A stretch of DNA of 64,000 nucleotides, from the NCBI GenBank assembly GCA_021779195.1, contig JAJYBB010000014.1:19061-83060 (forward strand), written 5' to 3'. The translations under genes and the position numbers were made by a program. The DNA is from Bacteroidota bacterium. Lineage in GTDB: Bacteria > Bacteroidota > Bacteroidia > Bacteroidales > Paludibacteraceae. The first letter of the stretch is position 1; each line of letters opens with the position of its first letter. Positions 31,530 to 41,900 of this stretch are shown here, piece by piece. A model generated the notes under the pieces. It saw only the letters and a list, made by a program, of their open reading frames with translations, was not told the origin of the DNA and ran no database searches.

Positions 31530-32759
31530 TTATTTGTACGAAAGAATTCTCTGTTCGCCTTCTAATTCACGATAGGGAGTAATGTTGTGAGAAACTTCAA
31601 GCGTTCCAAGGTATTCACCTTTATCATTCCGTAAAGCAAAATACTCAATATGTATCATTTTTCCACCCATATTTATCCAGAATGGTGCACTGTTTTGTCG
31701 ACCACTTTTAAAATCGTCGATTATTTTATCCACTATATGAGCACTTGCAGGGGGATGACAATGACGAACATCCCGATTGAGTATCGCTCTGTTTCGTTGG
31801 AAGATCCGTTCGGCACTTTGCGAAAAGTACTTCACTTTATCCTCTTTGTCCACAAAAGTTATATCTACCGGTAAGGTATTTAAAATAGTCATAATCTCTT
31901 CGGCCGAAAAACTTCCGCTTGGTAATTGGATATGACTTCCGCTTTTTTGCGATTCGTTGATGGATGGTTCTTCTGCCCATTCGGGTTTCCACGTTACTAC
32001 CGGATCATACAGGCAAAATCCAATTTCAATCGATTGTTTGCTTATTTCGAACCAATCAGCCTCAGTGAGTATATCCAGCGTCATTGGAAATAAAATTTCC
32101 TCTTCTTTTGTTATCATTTCCTTCGCGCCTTCTGCAGCAATTTCGAGTATAAGTTCAGCTACTGCAACGAACTCTTCTTTCGTCATTTCGGTAGTTTTTA
32201 ATACTTCAATGCTCCCTTTTATCATTTCGCGGATTTCATCGTGTTTTCCCCACATCACTTTAGGCGGTCCGGTAATTTCCGCTTTCTCTAAATAGGGAAA
32301 AAGCAGATATTCTTTACGTTGATAATGTTTATCAACGTCGTAAAGCGTATTGTAAAGTCCTCTTAGTTTAATCAATTTATTAGTTATAGATTCGGAAGGT
32401 TCAAATTTGATTTCAGAAATTAAGGCGAAAATTGAATTAGTTAACTTTCTAATTTCTTCATTTTCTTTTCGAAAAACATCAACGGGATGACCTTCTGCCA
32501 CAGGTTTCAAAGCTGATAAGTCGACGCGACCTTCGAGAACTGACGAATGTGCATCACAAAGATCCAAAATCTCATCTTCTGGTAATCCTTCTGAAATGAG
32601 TTCCTGCTCTACTTCGACCACCTCTCCGTACGGAATTTGGCTTAGCGACAGCAATAATTCATGTTGAACAGCTTCAGTGGAGCCACCCTGATGAATCTGC
32701 AACAAAATTTCTTTCAGTTTCTCTTTTCTGCTGCGAGAATTGTTAATTAGCTCACTCAT
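31530..32759 (-). CDS. DUF438 protein (hemerythrin-like + PAS-like), paralogue 1
   Basis: 409 aa with LPVDITFVDKEDKVKYF...HCHPPASAHIVDKII...GTLEVSHNI, plus N-terminal H/E-rich helical repeats. Confidence 0.85.
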   Translation of the reverse strand: MSELINNSRSRKEKLKEILLQIHQGGSTEAVQHELLLSLSQIPYGEVVEVEQELISEGLPEDEILDLCDAHSSVLEGRVDLSALKPVAEGHPVDVFRKENEEIRKLTNSIFALISEIKFEPSESITNKLIKLRGLYNTLYDVDKHYQRKEYLLFPYLEKAEITGPPKVMWGKHDEIREMIKGSIEVLKTTEMTKEEFVAVAELILEIAAEGAKEMITKEEEILFPMTLDILTEADWFEISKQSIEIGFCLYDPVVTWKPEWAEEPSINESQKSGSHIQLPSGSFSAEEIMTILNTLPVDITFVDKEDKVKYFSQSAERIFQRNRAILNRDVRHCHPPASAHIVDKIIDDFKSGRQNSAPFWINMGGKMIHIEYFALRNDKGEYLGTLEVSHNITPYRELEGEQRILSYK

Positions 32760-32814
32760 TATTTTTGTTGGTTTATTGGTTAAGTGATTGTTTGATAATT
32801 TATTGTTACTTATT

Positions 32815-33513
32815 TTACCGACCGGATAAACTTAATGCTTTAGGATACAATATATTGTTTTCCAGGTGCACATGAATGTGCAAATCGTCTTCAAATTCCT
32901 CCAGCAATTTATAGGTAACCCGATAGGTATTACAACCATCATCCGGCACACTGTAATTATCGCTCAGCACATTAATCTTATCCATTGTTCCACCGGCAAA
33001 TTCATGCTCCCCTTTCATACGGGTGATTTCGGAAATACTAGTCGCTTTCGTTTCCGGAGAATTGCTTTTCAACAGTTCTTTGATAGCCGGAAAAAGAACT
33101 TCTTCCTCCTTTTTGAGATGTTGCAACAGTTCGGTATTAATTTGAGAGAAAAGCCTGGCAATTTCAACCAACTCGGGATGGTGAGCCCCATGAACCTGTT
33201 CAATTTTCAGGGTATACGCTGTCAACTGTGGCAATAACCTCGTTACTGTTTTATGATGTGTATTTACAATATAATCACATAAAAAGTCAAGATTCCATTC
33301 ATTGAAGTTATGCAATGCGTTGACAGTTGTATTTTCAAGTTTAGCCAATTCTGTTTCAAGTACAGTACTGTCAATATTCTTTTCCTTACAGGCCAGTTCC
33401 AGACTCTTATTGCCACCACAGCAAAAATCGATACCTGCGTTTTTAAATATTTCGGCCGCTCTGAAATCTTGTGTAACAATTTCTCCAATTGAGGTTGTTT
33501 TATAGTTTTTCAT
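32815..33513 (-). CDS. ric: iron-sulfur cluster repair di-iron protein (RIC; YtfE/ScdA family)
   Basis: 232 aa with the N-terminal DFCCGG motif and hemerythrin-like HHKTV / HHPEL / HLKKEEEVLFP / HVHLENNILYP ligand motifs. Confidence 0.9.
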   Translation of the reverse strand: MKNYKTTSIGEIVTQDFRAAEIFKNAGIDFCCGGNKSLELACKEKNIDSTVLETELAKLENTTVNALHNFNEWNLDFLCDYIVNTHHKTVTRLLPQLTAYTLKIEQVHGAHHPELVEIARLFSQINTELLQHLKKEEEVLFPAIKELLKSNSPETKATSISEITRMKGEHEFAGGTMDKINVLSDNYSVPDDGCNTYRVTYKLLEEFEDDLHIHVHLENNILYPKALSLSGR

Positions 33514-33549
33514 TTTTTAACTGTTTATTGGTTAGTTAATTCCTAAAAT

Positions 33550-33756
33550 TTATTCAGTTTCTTCATATTTTATTACACTTACGGGACAGCTATCTGCTGC
33601 ATCTTTTATGTCCGTATTGAATGCTTCAAAATCTACATTTTCTTTTACTTTCATTTTATCGGGTACTTCAAACACACTAGGTGCAATCGATTCACATAAA
33701 CCGCATGAAGTACATTCGTCTGAGCTTTCATCAAGCCATACTTTAATAATTTTCAT
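33550..33756 (-). CDS. small single-cluster ferredoxin
   Basis: 68 aa with CTSCGLCESIAP...DSCPVSVI, the Cys pattern of mono-cluster [3Fe-4S]/[4Fe-4S] ferredoxins. Confidence 0.8.
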   Translation of the reverse strand: MKIIKVWLDESSDECTSCGLCESIAPSVFEVPDKMKVKENVDFEAFNTDIKDAADSCPVSVIKYEETE

Positions 33757-33767
33757 AATTTTGATTT

Positions 33768-34316
33768 TTAGTTCAAATATATTTCACTGAAATAAAGTAC
33801 AAGTTTTAGATATCTATCAAAATACTCGTTTTCAAAAGTGCTTGCATTTGATATTTTAAAATCCTCGGACATGGCTGACAATACCCCAGCTGGTAAAATC
33901 CGTTCTGCCATAGGGTATAGTATATTGTTTTCTTTTGCAATGTGATTTGTTAATAGTTCGCAATAATTTAAAAGATTATACTTAATCTGTTCGAAAGCAG
34001 AACGATCGCCGTTTTTAAATTTTTCAATGCTTTCGCCTGCTAATTTAATGTAATTTCTTCCTTCGTTATGTTCATGTAGCATCATACCAATTGGTCCAAA
34101 TTCACGAGACATGCCGAATTTCTCCATTTCCACAAATAATATATCTTCTTCTTTGAGATGATGGTATTTGTCTGCAAAATTTTTTATAAAATCGATAATT
34201 TGTTCCACATGCTCTAAATTTATTGTTTCATCATCCGAATTCAATATTATTCGAGTTACTTCAATCATTTTAAGGATGCTGTCGTGTTCCCCGACCAAAA
34301 TTTCTATTGCTTTCAT
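33768..34316 (-). CDS. hemerythrin HHE cation-binding domain protein
   Basis: 182 aa with GEHDSIL, HHLKEEDILF, LHEHNEG and HIAKENNILYP di-iron ligand motifs. Confidence 0.85.
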   Translation of the reverse strand: MKAIEILVGEHDSILKMIEVTRIILNSDDETINLEHVEQIIDFIKNFADKYHHLKEEDILFVEMEKFGMSREFGPIGMMLHEHNEGRNYIKLAGESIEKFKNGDRSAFEQIKYNLLNYCELLTNHIAKENNILYPMAERILPAGVLSAMSEDFKISNASTFENEYFDRYLKLVLYFSEIYLN

Positions 34317-34626
34317 GGTTGTTTGTTTTTTAAAATTAAATAAATTGATTAGCTGTTCTATTACCTATGTCAATATAAAATTGAATATCAATCACCTATC
34401 CCATAGAATCCCACTTAAAGTTTTGCCCCGAACGAATTTTACTTAGTTGACATAGGCGATTTCCGCTTCGTTCCAATTGGCTTGAACCAAAAAACGAAGC
34501 AAAATAGTTCAAGAGGTCTTACCCCAAGGAGGTCGGTCGTTTGCAAGTGTTGTGAAAAATATATTTGGTACCAAAACGGATACGTATATTAAATGATTAA
34601 TTATTGATATTCAATTATATAGAAGT

Positions 34627-34989
34627 TTAAATATTGAGAATGTTTTGAATAGCTTGTTTATTTTGTTCAATGCTGGGTTTCGGAGTCTTTACCACCAACA
34701 CCCTGAAATCTGCATTACTTTTATTGTGAAGACAATGCGGAATATTTTTTGGACTATCTATAAGCATGTCTTTTGTTACTTTTTGTTTTTCATCTCCAAT
34801 TTCCACAATGCCTTCACCTTCCAAAACATAGAAAAAAACATCAACAGCAGTGACATGTTTTTTTAAACTTTCACCTGCTTTTAAACACATGTGTACAACT
34901 TGTACATTTTCATTGTCGTGAATTTTTCGGGCGTCAATACCATGTGGATTTTTTGTGGTAATTGCTTCATCGTAAATTATTGTCTTCAT
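34627..34989 (-). CDS. cupin domain protein
   Basis: 120 aa single cupin barrel (VVHMCLKAGESLKKHV...VFFYVLEGEG...IPHCLHN). Confidence 0.8.
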   Translation of the reverse strand: MKTIIYDEAITTKNPHGIDARKIHDNENVQVVHMCLKAGESLKKHVTAVDVFFYVLEGEGIVEIGDEKQKVTKDMLIDSPKNIPHCLHNKSNADFRVLVVKTPKPSIEQNKQAIQNILNI

Positions 34990-35072
34990 TTTTTTGTAAA
35001 TTTAGTTGTTATTTGACATTATCTTTTTGTTTTTATAATGCTACTGATAAGTAGTATTATAAAACAAAAAAA

Positions 35073-35486
35073 TTAATATCTTAATATTTTATTAAAATCC
35101 ATATCTGATAATTTGGTTTCACGGAAAACTTTATTTAAATCAGTTCTTAGGTTCATCCACAAATAATGCATGGCACAAGGATTTGAAGATGAACAACTTT
35201 CAAAGCCTAATAAACAACCATTCAGTTTATCCATACCTTCAACTGAGTCAATTATATCGTACAACATTATTTCATCGGGGCCTTTAATAAAGGTGTAACC
35301 CCCATCCCTGCCTTGAATACTTCGGATAAATCCTGATTTCGACAAATCAGTCATTAAACGTCGCAAGTATTTATCCGAAACTTTTAATTCTTTCACAAGT
35401 TGTTTAGCTGTATATAATTGATCTGGCGATTGTGACATGTAAATTAAAATGCGTAAAGCATATTCGGAAGTTTTTGATAATTTCAT
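35073..35486 (-). CDS. Rrf2 family transcriptional regulator with an Fe-S ligand Cys triad (NsrR/IscR-like)
   Basis: 137 aa with an N-terminal wHTH (SEYALRILIYM...) and Cys91-X6-Cys98-X5-Cys104 (CLLGFESCSSSNPC), spaced as in cluster-binding Rrf2 proteins. Confidence 0.9.
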   Translation of the reverse strand: MKLSKTSEYALRILIYMSQSPDQLYTAKQLVKELKVSDKYLRRLMTDLSKSGFIRSIQGRDGGYTFIKGPDEIMLYDIIDSVEGMDKLNGCLLGFESCSSSNPCAMHYLWMNLRTDLNKVFRETKLSDMDFNKILRY

Positions 35487-35517
35487 ACTATATACTACCT
35501 CGTTGTATTATTTACTG

Positions 35518-35525
35518 CAAATATA
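35518..35525 (-). promoter_or_regulatory. candidate -7 element (TATATTTG on the minus strand) for the Rrf2 gene
   Basis: CAAATATA on the plus strand, 32 nt upstream of the ATG at 35486. Confidence 0.45.
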
Positions 35526-35894
35526 GATGTTTTTATTTCATTACCAGCAACTCAATAGATAAATATTCTAATAATTAACATTCAATATTCTAGGATTAAA
35601 TCTAAATTAAAATACATCAGGAATTTAAAAATCAAATCGAACATGTTAAAAATGTTAAAAGATTTATGCCTTGTGATTAATTGACATAATTTGCAGCTAT
35701 CCGGTCATAATTTTTTAGTTATTTCGAGGATCGTTTTTTGAGATGGCAATTTGCGCTCAACAAACCTGTTTTAAAAATTCATTCAGTGAAATTTAGATAC
35801 TTTGCTATCGTTAATTGCCAACTCAATTTTGAAACAAACTGGTTTTGATTAATAGGTTTATTGAGATGAGCCTCATGAACGTCAAAATAAGTCA

Positions 35895-35929
35895 GAAAGC
35901 TACTAGATAATTGATATCCAGTAGCTTTC
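35895..35929 (-). terminator. terminator hairpin after the 3235-aa gene
   Basis: Perfect 10-bp stem GAAAGCTACT / AGTAGCTTTC, 28 nt past the stop codon. The minus-strand trailer is T-rich. Confidence 0.55.
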
Positions 35930-35956
35930 AATGAAAATAAAATTATTTCTAATCAT

Positions 35957-38900
35957 TTATTTATTCATAATTATCAGTTTCGTCCATCCGACGAGTTTGG
36001 CATTGTTCATTCTTACATCTACCAAATATAATCCAGGAATAAGTTTCAGATTTCCAAGCTTATACTTTTCAGTTACCGCGTTATGATTTCGATAATCTAT
36101 GAAAACCAGCTGACCAGTACTGTTGTAAATTCGTATATTTAATGTCCCGGAAGTCGGTTCCTTAACATACAGTATAACATCTTTGTAAGAAGGATTTGGA
36201 TAAATACTGATATTATTCGAGTATCTTACTTTTAAGTCCAAATTCGTTTTGGTCAAAAAGACCGTTACTTCATCTGCCTGCGAATCGTCAACGCCATCGT
36301 TTACTACTAAGCTGAATGTGAGCTGATTAATACCTGAAGGAGCAACAAATGTGGGTTTGGCGTAATGAACATCATTCAGGGTTATTCCTTCTGGTGAAGT
36401 CCATTTGTAGGTAAGTTCATCATTATCTGCATCGAAAGATTCAGAACCATCTAACATGATTAAATCCTCGCCAGCCCCTATCTGATCTGGTCCAGCATTA
36501 GCCACCGGAGTAACGTTTCCTCTTAGTATCCACTGAGTCAGTGGAGACAAAGTTCCTGTCTTTCCACTCAGATATTTTTTCAATCCGGCTGTACTCACTG
36601 ATAGCGAGAAAGTTCCACCCGAAGCAACACCTACATTGCCGAAATTGCCAACTGTAAACTCGGTGTCACTATTTTTGTTGATAATCATTGAATTTACATT
36701 TGTTTCCATGCCGTTGAGTTTGCAAATCAGATTATTCTTCAACGCAGTTTCATTCAAAATCTTATCAGAGAAATTGAGTAAAATTGAAGCAGGATGCTTT
36801 CGTAGTGTACCTAAAGGAACATTGTTCCAGTTAGCCGTAAGAGGCATTTCGTCAATGTAAATAGGAAGTTCTGTCATTGATGTATTGCCAAGTGTATCAA
36901 CGGTTTCTGCCTGCAATTTCATGCTTCCTGAAGATGGAATTTTTACCGTTAAAGCCAATATACCGGTGCTGGCAGGCAAAGTATCGACTAGGAGCGTGGA
37001 AGTTTCGTAACTGTTATAATATAATCGGATACGAGCCTTGGGCGCATTCACCTTCATTGATACCTCCAATTGCGATGTCGAAGTAACTCCATCGTATGAC
37101 GAATATCCCAGATCTGGAGAAATTTTCATCTCTGTAACCGATGCCGGCACATTTCTGCTCACTGTCCACGTTTTTTGGAAAAAGCCAAAGGCTTTGTTCC
37201 CAGACAAATCGGTTACATTTGCCATATTTATTTTTAATACATAAACACCGTCGTTGTAAGTCAGCAATCTGAAATCAGTAATTAAATAAGTAGTATCGTT
37301 TAATATTCCATAATTCAGTTGCGAAACAGGTTGTTGTAATCCATCTTTCCACAGTTCAACAATCGAAATTCCGAATCCGGAAATCGGCTCACTGAATGTC
37401 AATTGAGCGGAAGTAATGTGTTGGTTATCATAACCACCAACGTTTTTCATGATAATTTTATTCAAAATAGGTCCATGAGTGTCAATTTTCCAGCTTACTT
37501 TTTGAGCTGAGAGACCGAAAATACCATTTTTAGATTTAATATTCGGTAAATCAACGGTTAGTTCATACGTTCCATCGGCAATCATAATGCTGTCTGTTTT
37601 CAAAATTTTAAAAAGTTTACCTTCAGTATCCATTCGCGAGATAGAAACCGGAGCAGTAACCACATTCCCTTCTCTGGTCCAAACAAGACGTGCAGGAGTA
37701 AAGGATGTGGTATCTACAGGCACGGTGAATCGAATCATTACATTATCCGAAATGACAGCAGTAGCGCTTCCGTCAACAGGTATCCCGATAAATTCACTCA
37801 CAGCGGGTGAATTAGTAAACTGAGACCACGAAATCTGTTTCGATAATTCACCTGCTTCGCCTGTCAGGTTGGTAATGCCAGTTGTTTGAATAGTAAGCAC
37901 ATAATATCCATCAGTAGTAGTTACAGATGACAAATTAATGCGGAATGTAACTGAATCAATCTGCGTAACGGTAACTGAGTTATTCATTAAATTGGAACCC
38001 CCTTGGCAACGTAAAATCATATCTTCGAATGTGAAGGATGATGCCTTAACCGGTTTTTCGAATACAACGTTGACTAATGAAATTTGTGAAGAAGAAACAC
38101 TTGAAGGAACATTTTCAAATTTCAGCACGGTGGGTGGATCGACCCTTTTAGGGACGAATTTAATTAAATACTTTGTTAACTGAATAGAATCAAATTCATC
38201 CACGAAATGTATTTTATGTTCGTATACAGGTTCTTTTCCATCGGGTAAAGTAACATGTGTCTGCCATACATTTCTTGCCGGAAGTGTTTTGCCATCGCGC
38301 TGGCGTGTTACATTTAATATTTCATATCGTCCCGCAGTAGGATCAGTTACTTTACCGTAATTCCAACCCATCAGTTTTGGAGAAACATCCAGTCCGATTT
38401 CGTAAACTGGCGAAGATAACGTTCCCGTGGTACAAATAGTATTAACTGCACTTACAGGCAACACATTGCCACTTGAAGTGTAAATTTCATCGGGAGTTTC
38501 ATCGGCATCCTGAACTTCATTTACTAAAAAGTCATGAATTGTATCCAAATCGTTATAAACGGATATACTGCGTATTAACTCGTGTAATTTGGCTCCACTA
38601 ATTAAACTAAGGTCGGGATTTCCATAACTATCGGCGTGAACAACGCGGGTTTCGTAATTCACAAAATGTCCAAGCAAGTCGGCTGTAAACCACCATTGAC
38701 CTATAGCCGTTGATTTTGAAGCTATATTTCCAAAATCAATATTGTTTAATCCGAGTTGACGATTTTGACCGTTCAGATTCGAACCGATTAGCGCCAGATG
38801 AATAGCCAGCCCTTTCTGATTTTCGATGATTTCTGGTTGTGCCGACTCCACGCGTACCTTGGTAGCTGCACCATATCCATTGTTTTGGATCATTAAAGCC

Positions 38901-41900
38901 AGTTCGGCTGGAACAATAGGTTCTATCGCTTCTGTAAGCGGATCATCGGCCAGAATATCGCGTTGCATAAAATAATGTAGGTACAAATCGGGACTCGGAT
39001 TTACATCAAGTGAAATCGGGAAGAGTTGTTTTGTGACTTCCATTCCGTTAAACGGATCGATATACGAGAATGAACCTCCAAATGAATAAGTGGTCGGTAC
39101 TGTTGGTGCAGCTCCTTTTTCGGGGATAAACAGAATAGAAGCACTACCCTTCTGTCCGGCAGCGAGCGACCCTGTACCGTCAATGCCGGTAAGTATGCTA
39201 AGTGCTTTGGTATTAATCTGAAACAAATCGTTACAAAGAACGCCCAGTGAATTTTTCACTTCCAGATTGAGTTTGATATTGGTCATTGCATTCTGGTTAT
39301 TCCCGTTTACAATGGTTAAAGTACCTTCAAAAGCTTCCCGTGTCATTACCAGTTTTTGTGAAATTTGCAGGGTAATTGATGCACAAACCGATTTTTTCCC
39401 TGTTTCAGTTTGTTCTTTCAGAGTATTATAAGCCGTATTTGCCATTTCGCGAATATTGGCATATCCTCTTCCTATGGCATAGGCAAGTGCAGAATCTTCC
39501 TGTAGAACATATTTTTTTAATAAATTATTGTTGATAATATCGGGGAAATCGTTAGTAGGTTCCTGAATATTTTGAGCTCGGGCTATCAGTGTTCTGTTCC
39601 ATCTGAGCGAAAATGCTTCCACTTCAACAGGCAAGATATCTGTTCCTGACAAATTCTGGTTTATTTTAATAATATCGAGCGGTTGTATTTCTTTTTTAAA
39701 TACAGTAAATGAATCAACTGCGTGTACAAAATCTACAAAGTTAACCCGTTTATACAAGGAGTCGATTCCGGTAATCTCATTCATCCAATTGTGCTCGGCA
39801 TCCATACTATGTCGTGCCCAAAGCAAATCGGTGTATGCCTGCTTAATAATAGGAGGCATTAAAGGTTTTGGTACCGTTGGATTAGTCTGATAAAGCTTTA
39901 ATTGTTTGACTAATAAGCGTGGAGGATCTTTATAGCAGCTGTACGCCGTTCCAAATAATCCGATCACACAACCCCATCCGGGTATAAATCCTAATCCGCA
40001 TTGGGCAGCATCAACCAATGTCGGTCCGTCATCATCGGTAAATGATTTAATGCACGCAACAACTCCCGATGCTGTTCCAATTGGGCCAGGGATGCACCCA
40101 AGCACCGCCAGTGTAAGTTCCATGGTACAATTGTCACATTCGAAAACATTGTTTACAGATACAGTAGAGCTGTTGTTTGAGGGAACAACGTATACATATC
40201 CGCCACCGCCACCACCTAAAGTAGGACTGCCACCACCCGGAGAATAGCCTCCGGTGGCAGATCCAGTGCAAATTCTCCCCGAAAATTTAAACAGTTGGAC
40301 GCCCTCGTGCCATTTTTTATCAGGGCCGCAATAGAATCCATGACTTTCAACCACTACATCGACGCAGTTTAAATCCGACGCAGTTGCTCGCAATATTGTG
40401 TTGACCGGATTAAATGAGGCTTTACGTTTCATAACCACCGGAATCTGAATAGATTGTTGTGCCAGCAAATCCATTTTTGTGAAATTGGTTACAAACTCAT
40501 ACTCCGGATCGTTGGGGAATTTAAGTGTAACATCAGTGGCTGTGATCAATCCTTTGTTTGTAATTGTAACAAAAAACGGATAGGTTTCATCATTTATCAG
40601 TTGTGGCATACTGTCGGGCATTGACATGACAACCACAGGAGCAGGAACATTTGTTTCGTATTTCATGATCAGATCCACTTTATATTCATCTTCCACTTCT
40701 GTACGAACAACTTCCCATGTATAACTGATCGCCTGAAAACTTATAAAGATGCTTTGCGACAGAGTTTTCCCTGCATCAATAATGATGTTGTTCCGATAAC
40801 CATCATGCTTTTCCGCTTCTACAGTCATGGAATAATATCCTTCAGGAATACTGTCCATCTTAAAGATCCCATTTGAATCCGTGAATCCATCTGCCACAAT
40901 CACTCCGCTATAAGGATGACGAACAAGAATATGCGCATTTTTTACAAGAGGGGCTTCGGTTGTATTGTAGGTATATTCATCCAATACATCTATACAAAGA
41001 CCACCCTTAGCATCGGAAACTGCTTCTAATTTATAAGGCATTGCAATTCCTTTTCCATGTTCACAGTTTATTGCTATCGACCCGTTTACAGGGGTGTTAA
41101 GTGCCAAGTCAGTATCAGTTAATTTTAATGTTACCGTTACGCTTTCAGAAGGTTTAATATTGGCAATCGAATCGGAACTAACCAGACTCATAAAACTGAC
41201 GGATGGAAGCAGGATTCTAACAATTCCACTTTCACCGGCACCTCGGTTAGTAAGCGTAAATTCGAGGTATTTGGTTGTTCCTTTTGAAACAGTCGTGCTG
41301 ATATTTGTTGGACCGGTTTCGAGTGAAGCCTGTTGTTCCTGACAGAAGTAGTAGACATCGTATCCGATAGTTACACCTTCATCACAACTGATGATCAGAT
41401 TTAATTTCTGATAATCAGACGTCATACTGCGTTTAGTACCTAAAACAGAATAATTGAGTGTAGCTGTGGCATTGGAGGGCAAAACTGCCAGAGGACTTGC
41501 CGTTAAAGTACATCCGTCGGGCAACGTTTTGATTTTCAGTTGAATGTTTTTCAGTTCAATATTACTTGTGTTTTTTATTTGAAGCGCTCCATTGAAAGGG
41601 TCTCCTACTTTCGTCAGCCAAGTAATATAATCTCCTGCAGTACGTTTTATTCCCAGAATATCGAAAGAATCTTGGACAGCGGTTAATCCTTCGTCGGGAT
41701 AGCAAGCGCCGATTTCGAAGTGTCCAGATTCGTCGGGTAATGGATTAAACTGAACTGTATAATTTCCGAGATTATCGGTTATTGAAGTCAATTTTTTCCT
41801 TGTCCCGTTGCAAAGCAGATAAACATCAATATTTACATTTGATGCCGGTTGCAGATTTGTTTTTATTGCTTTACCATAGATATTGATTGGCTTATTAGGC

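Noticed and set aside
34380-34615. Reading the ATTGA-N3-TCAAT palindromes as FNR/CRP boxes for the Crp/Fnr regulator at 7273
   Set aside because: The FNR/CRP consensus is TTGAT-N4-ATCAA (or TGTGA-N6-TCACA). The spacing here is 3 nt and the regulator gene is 27 kb away. The motif is kept as an unassigned operator candidate instead.
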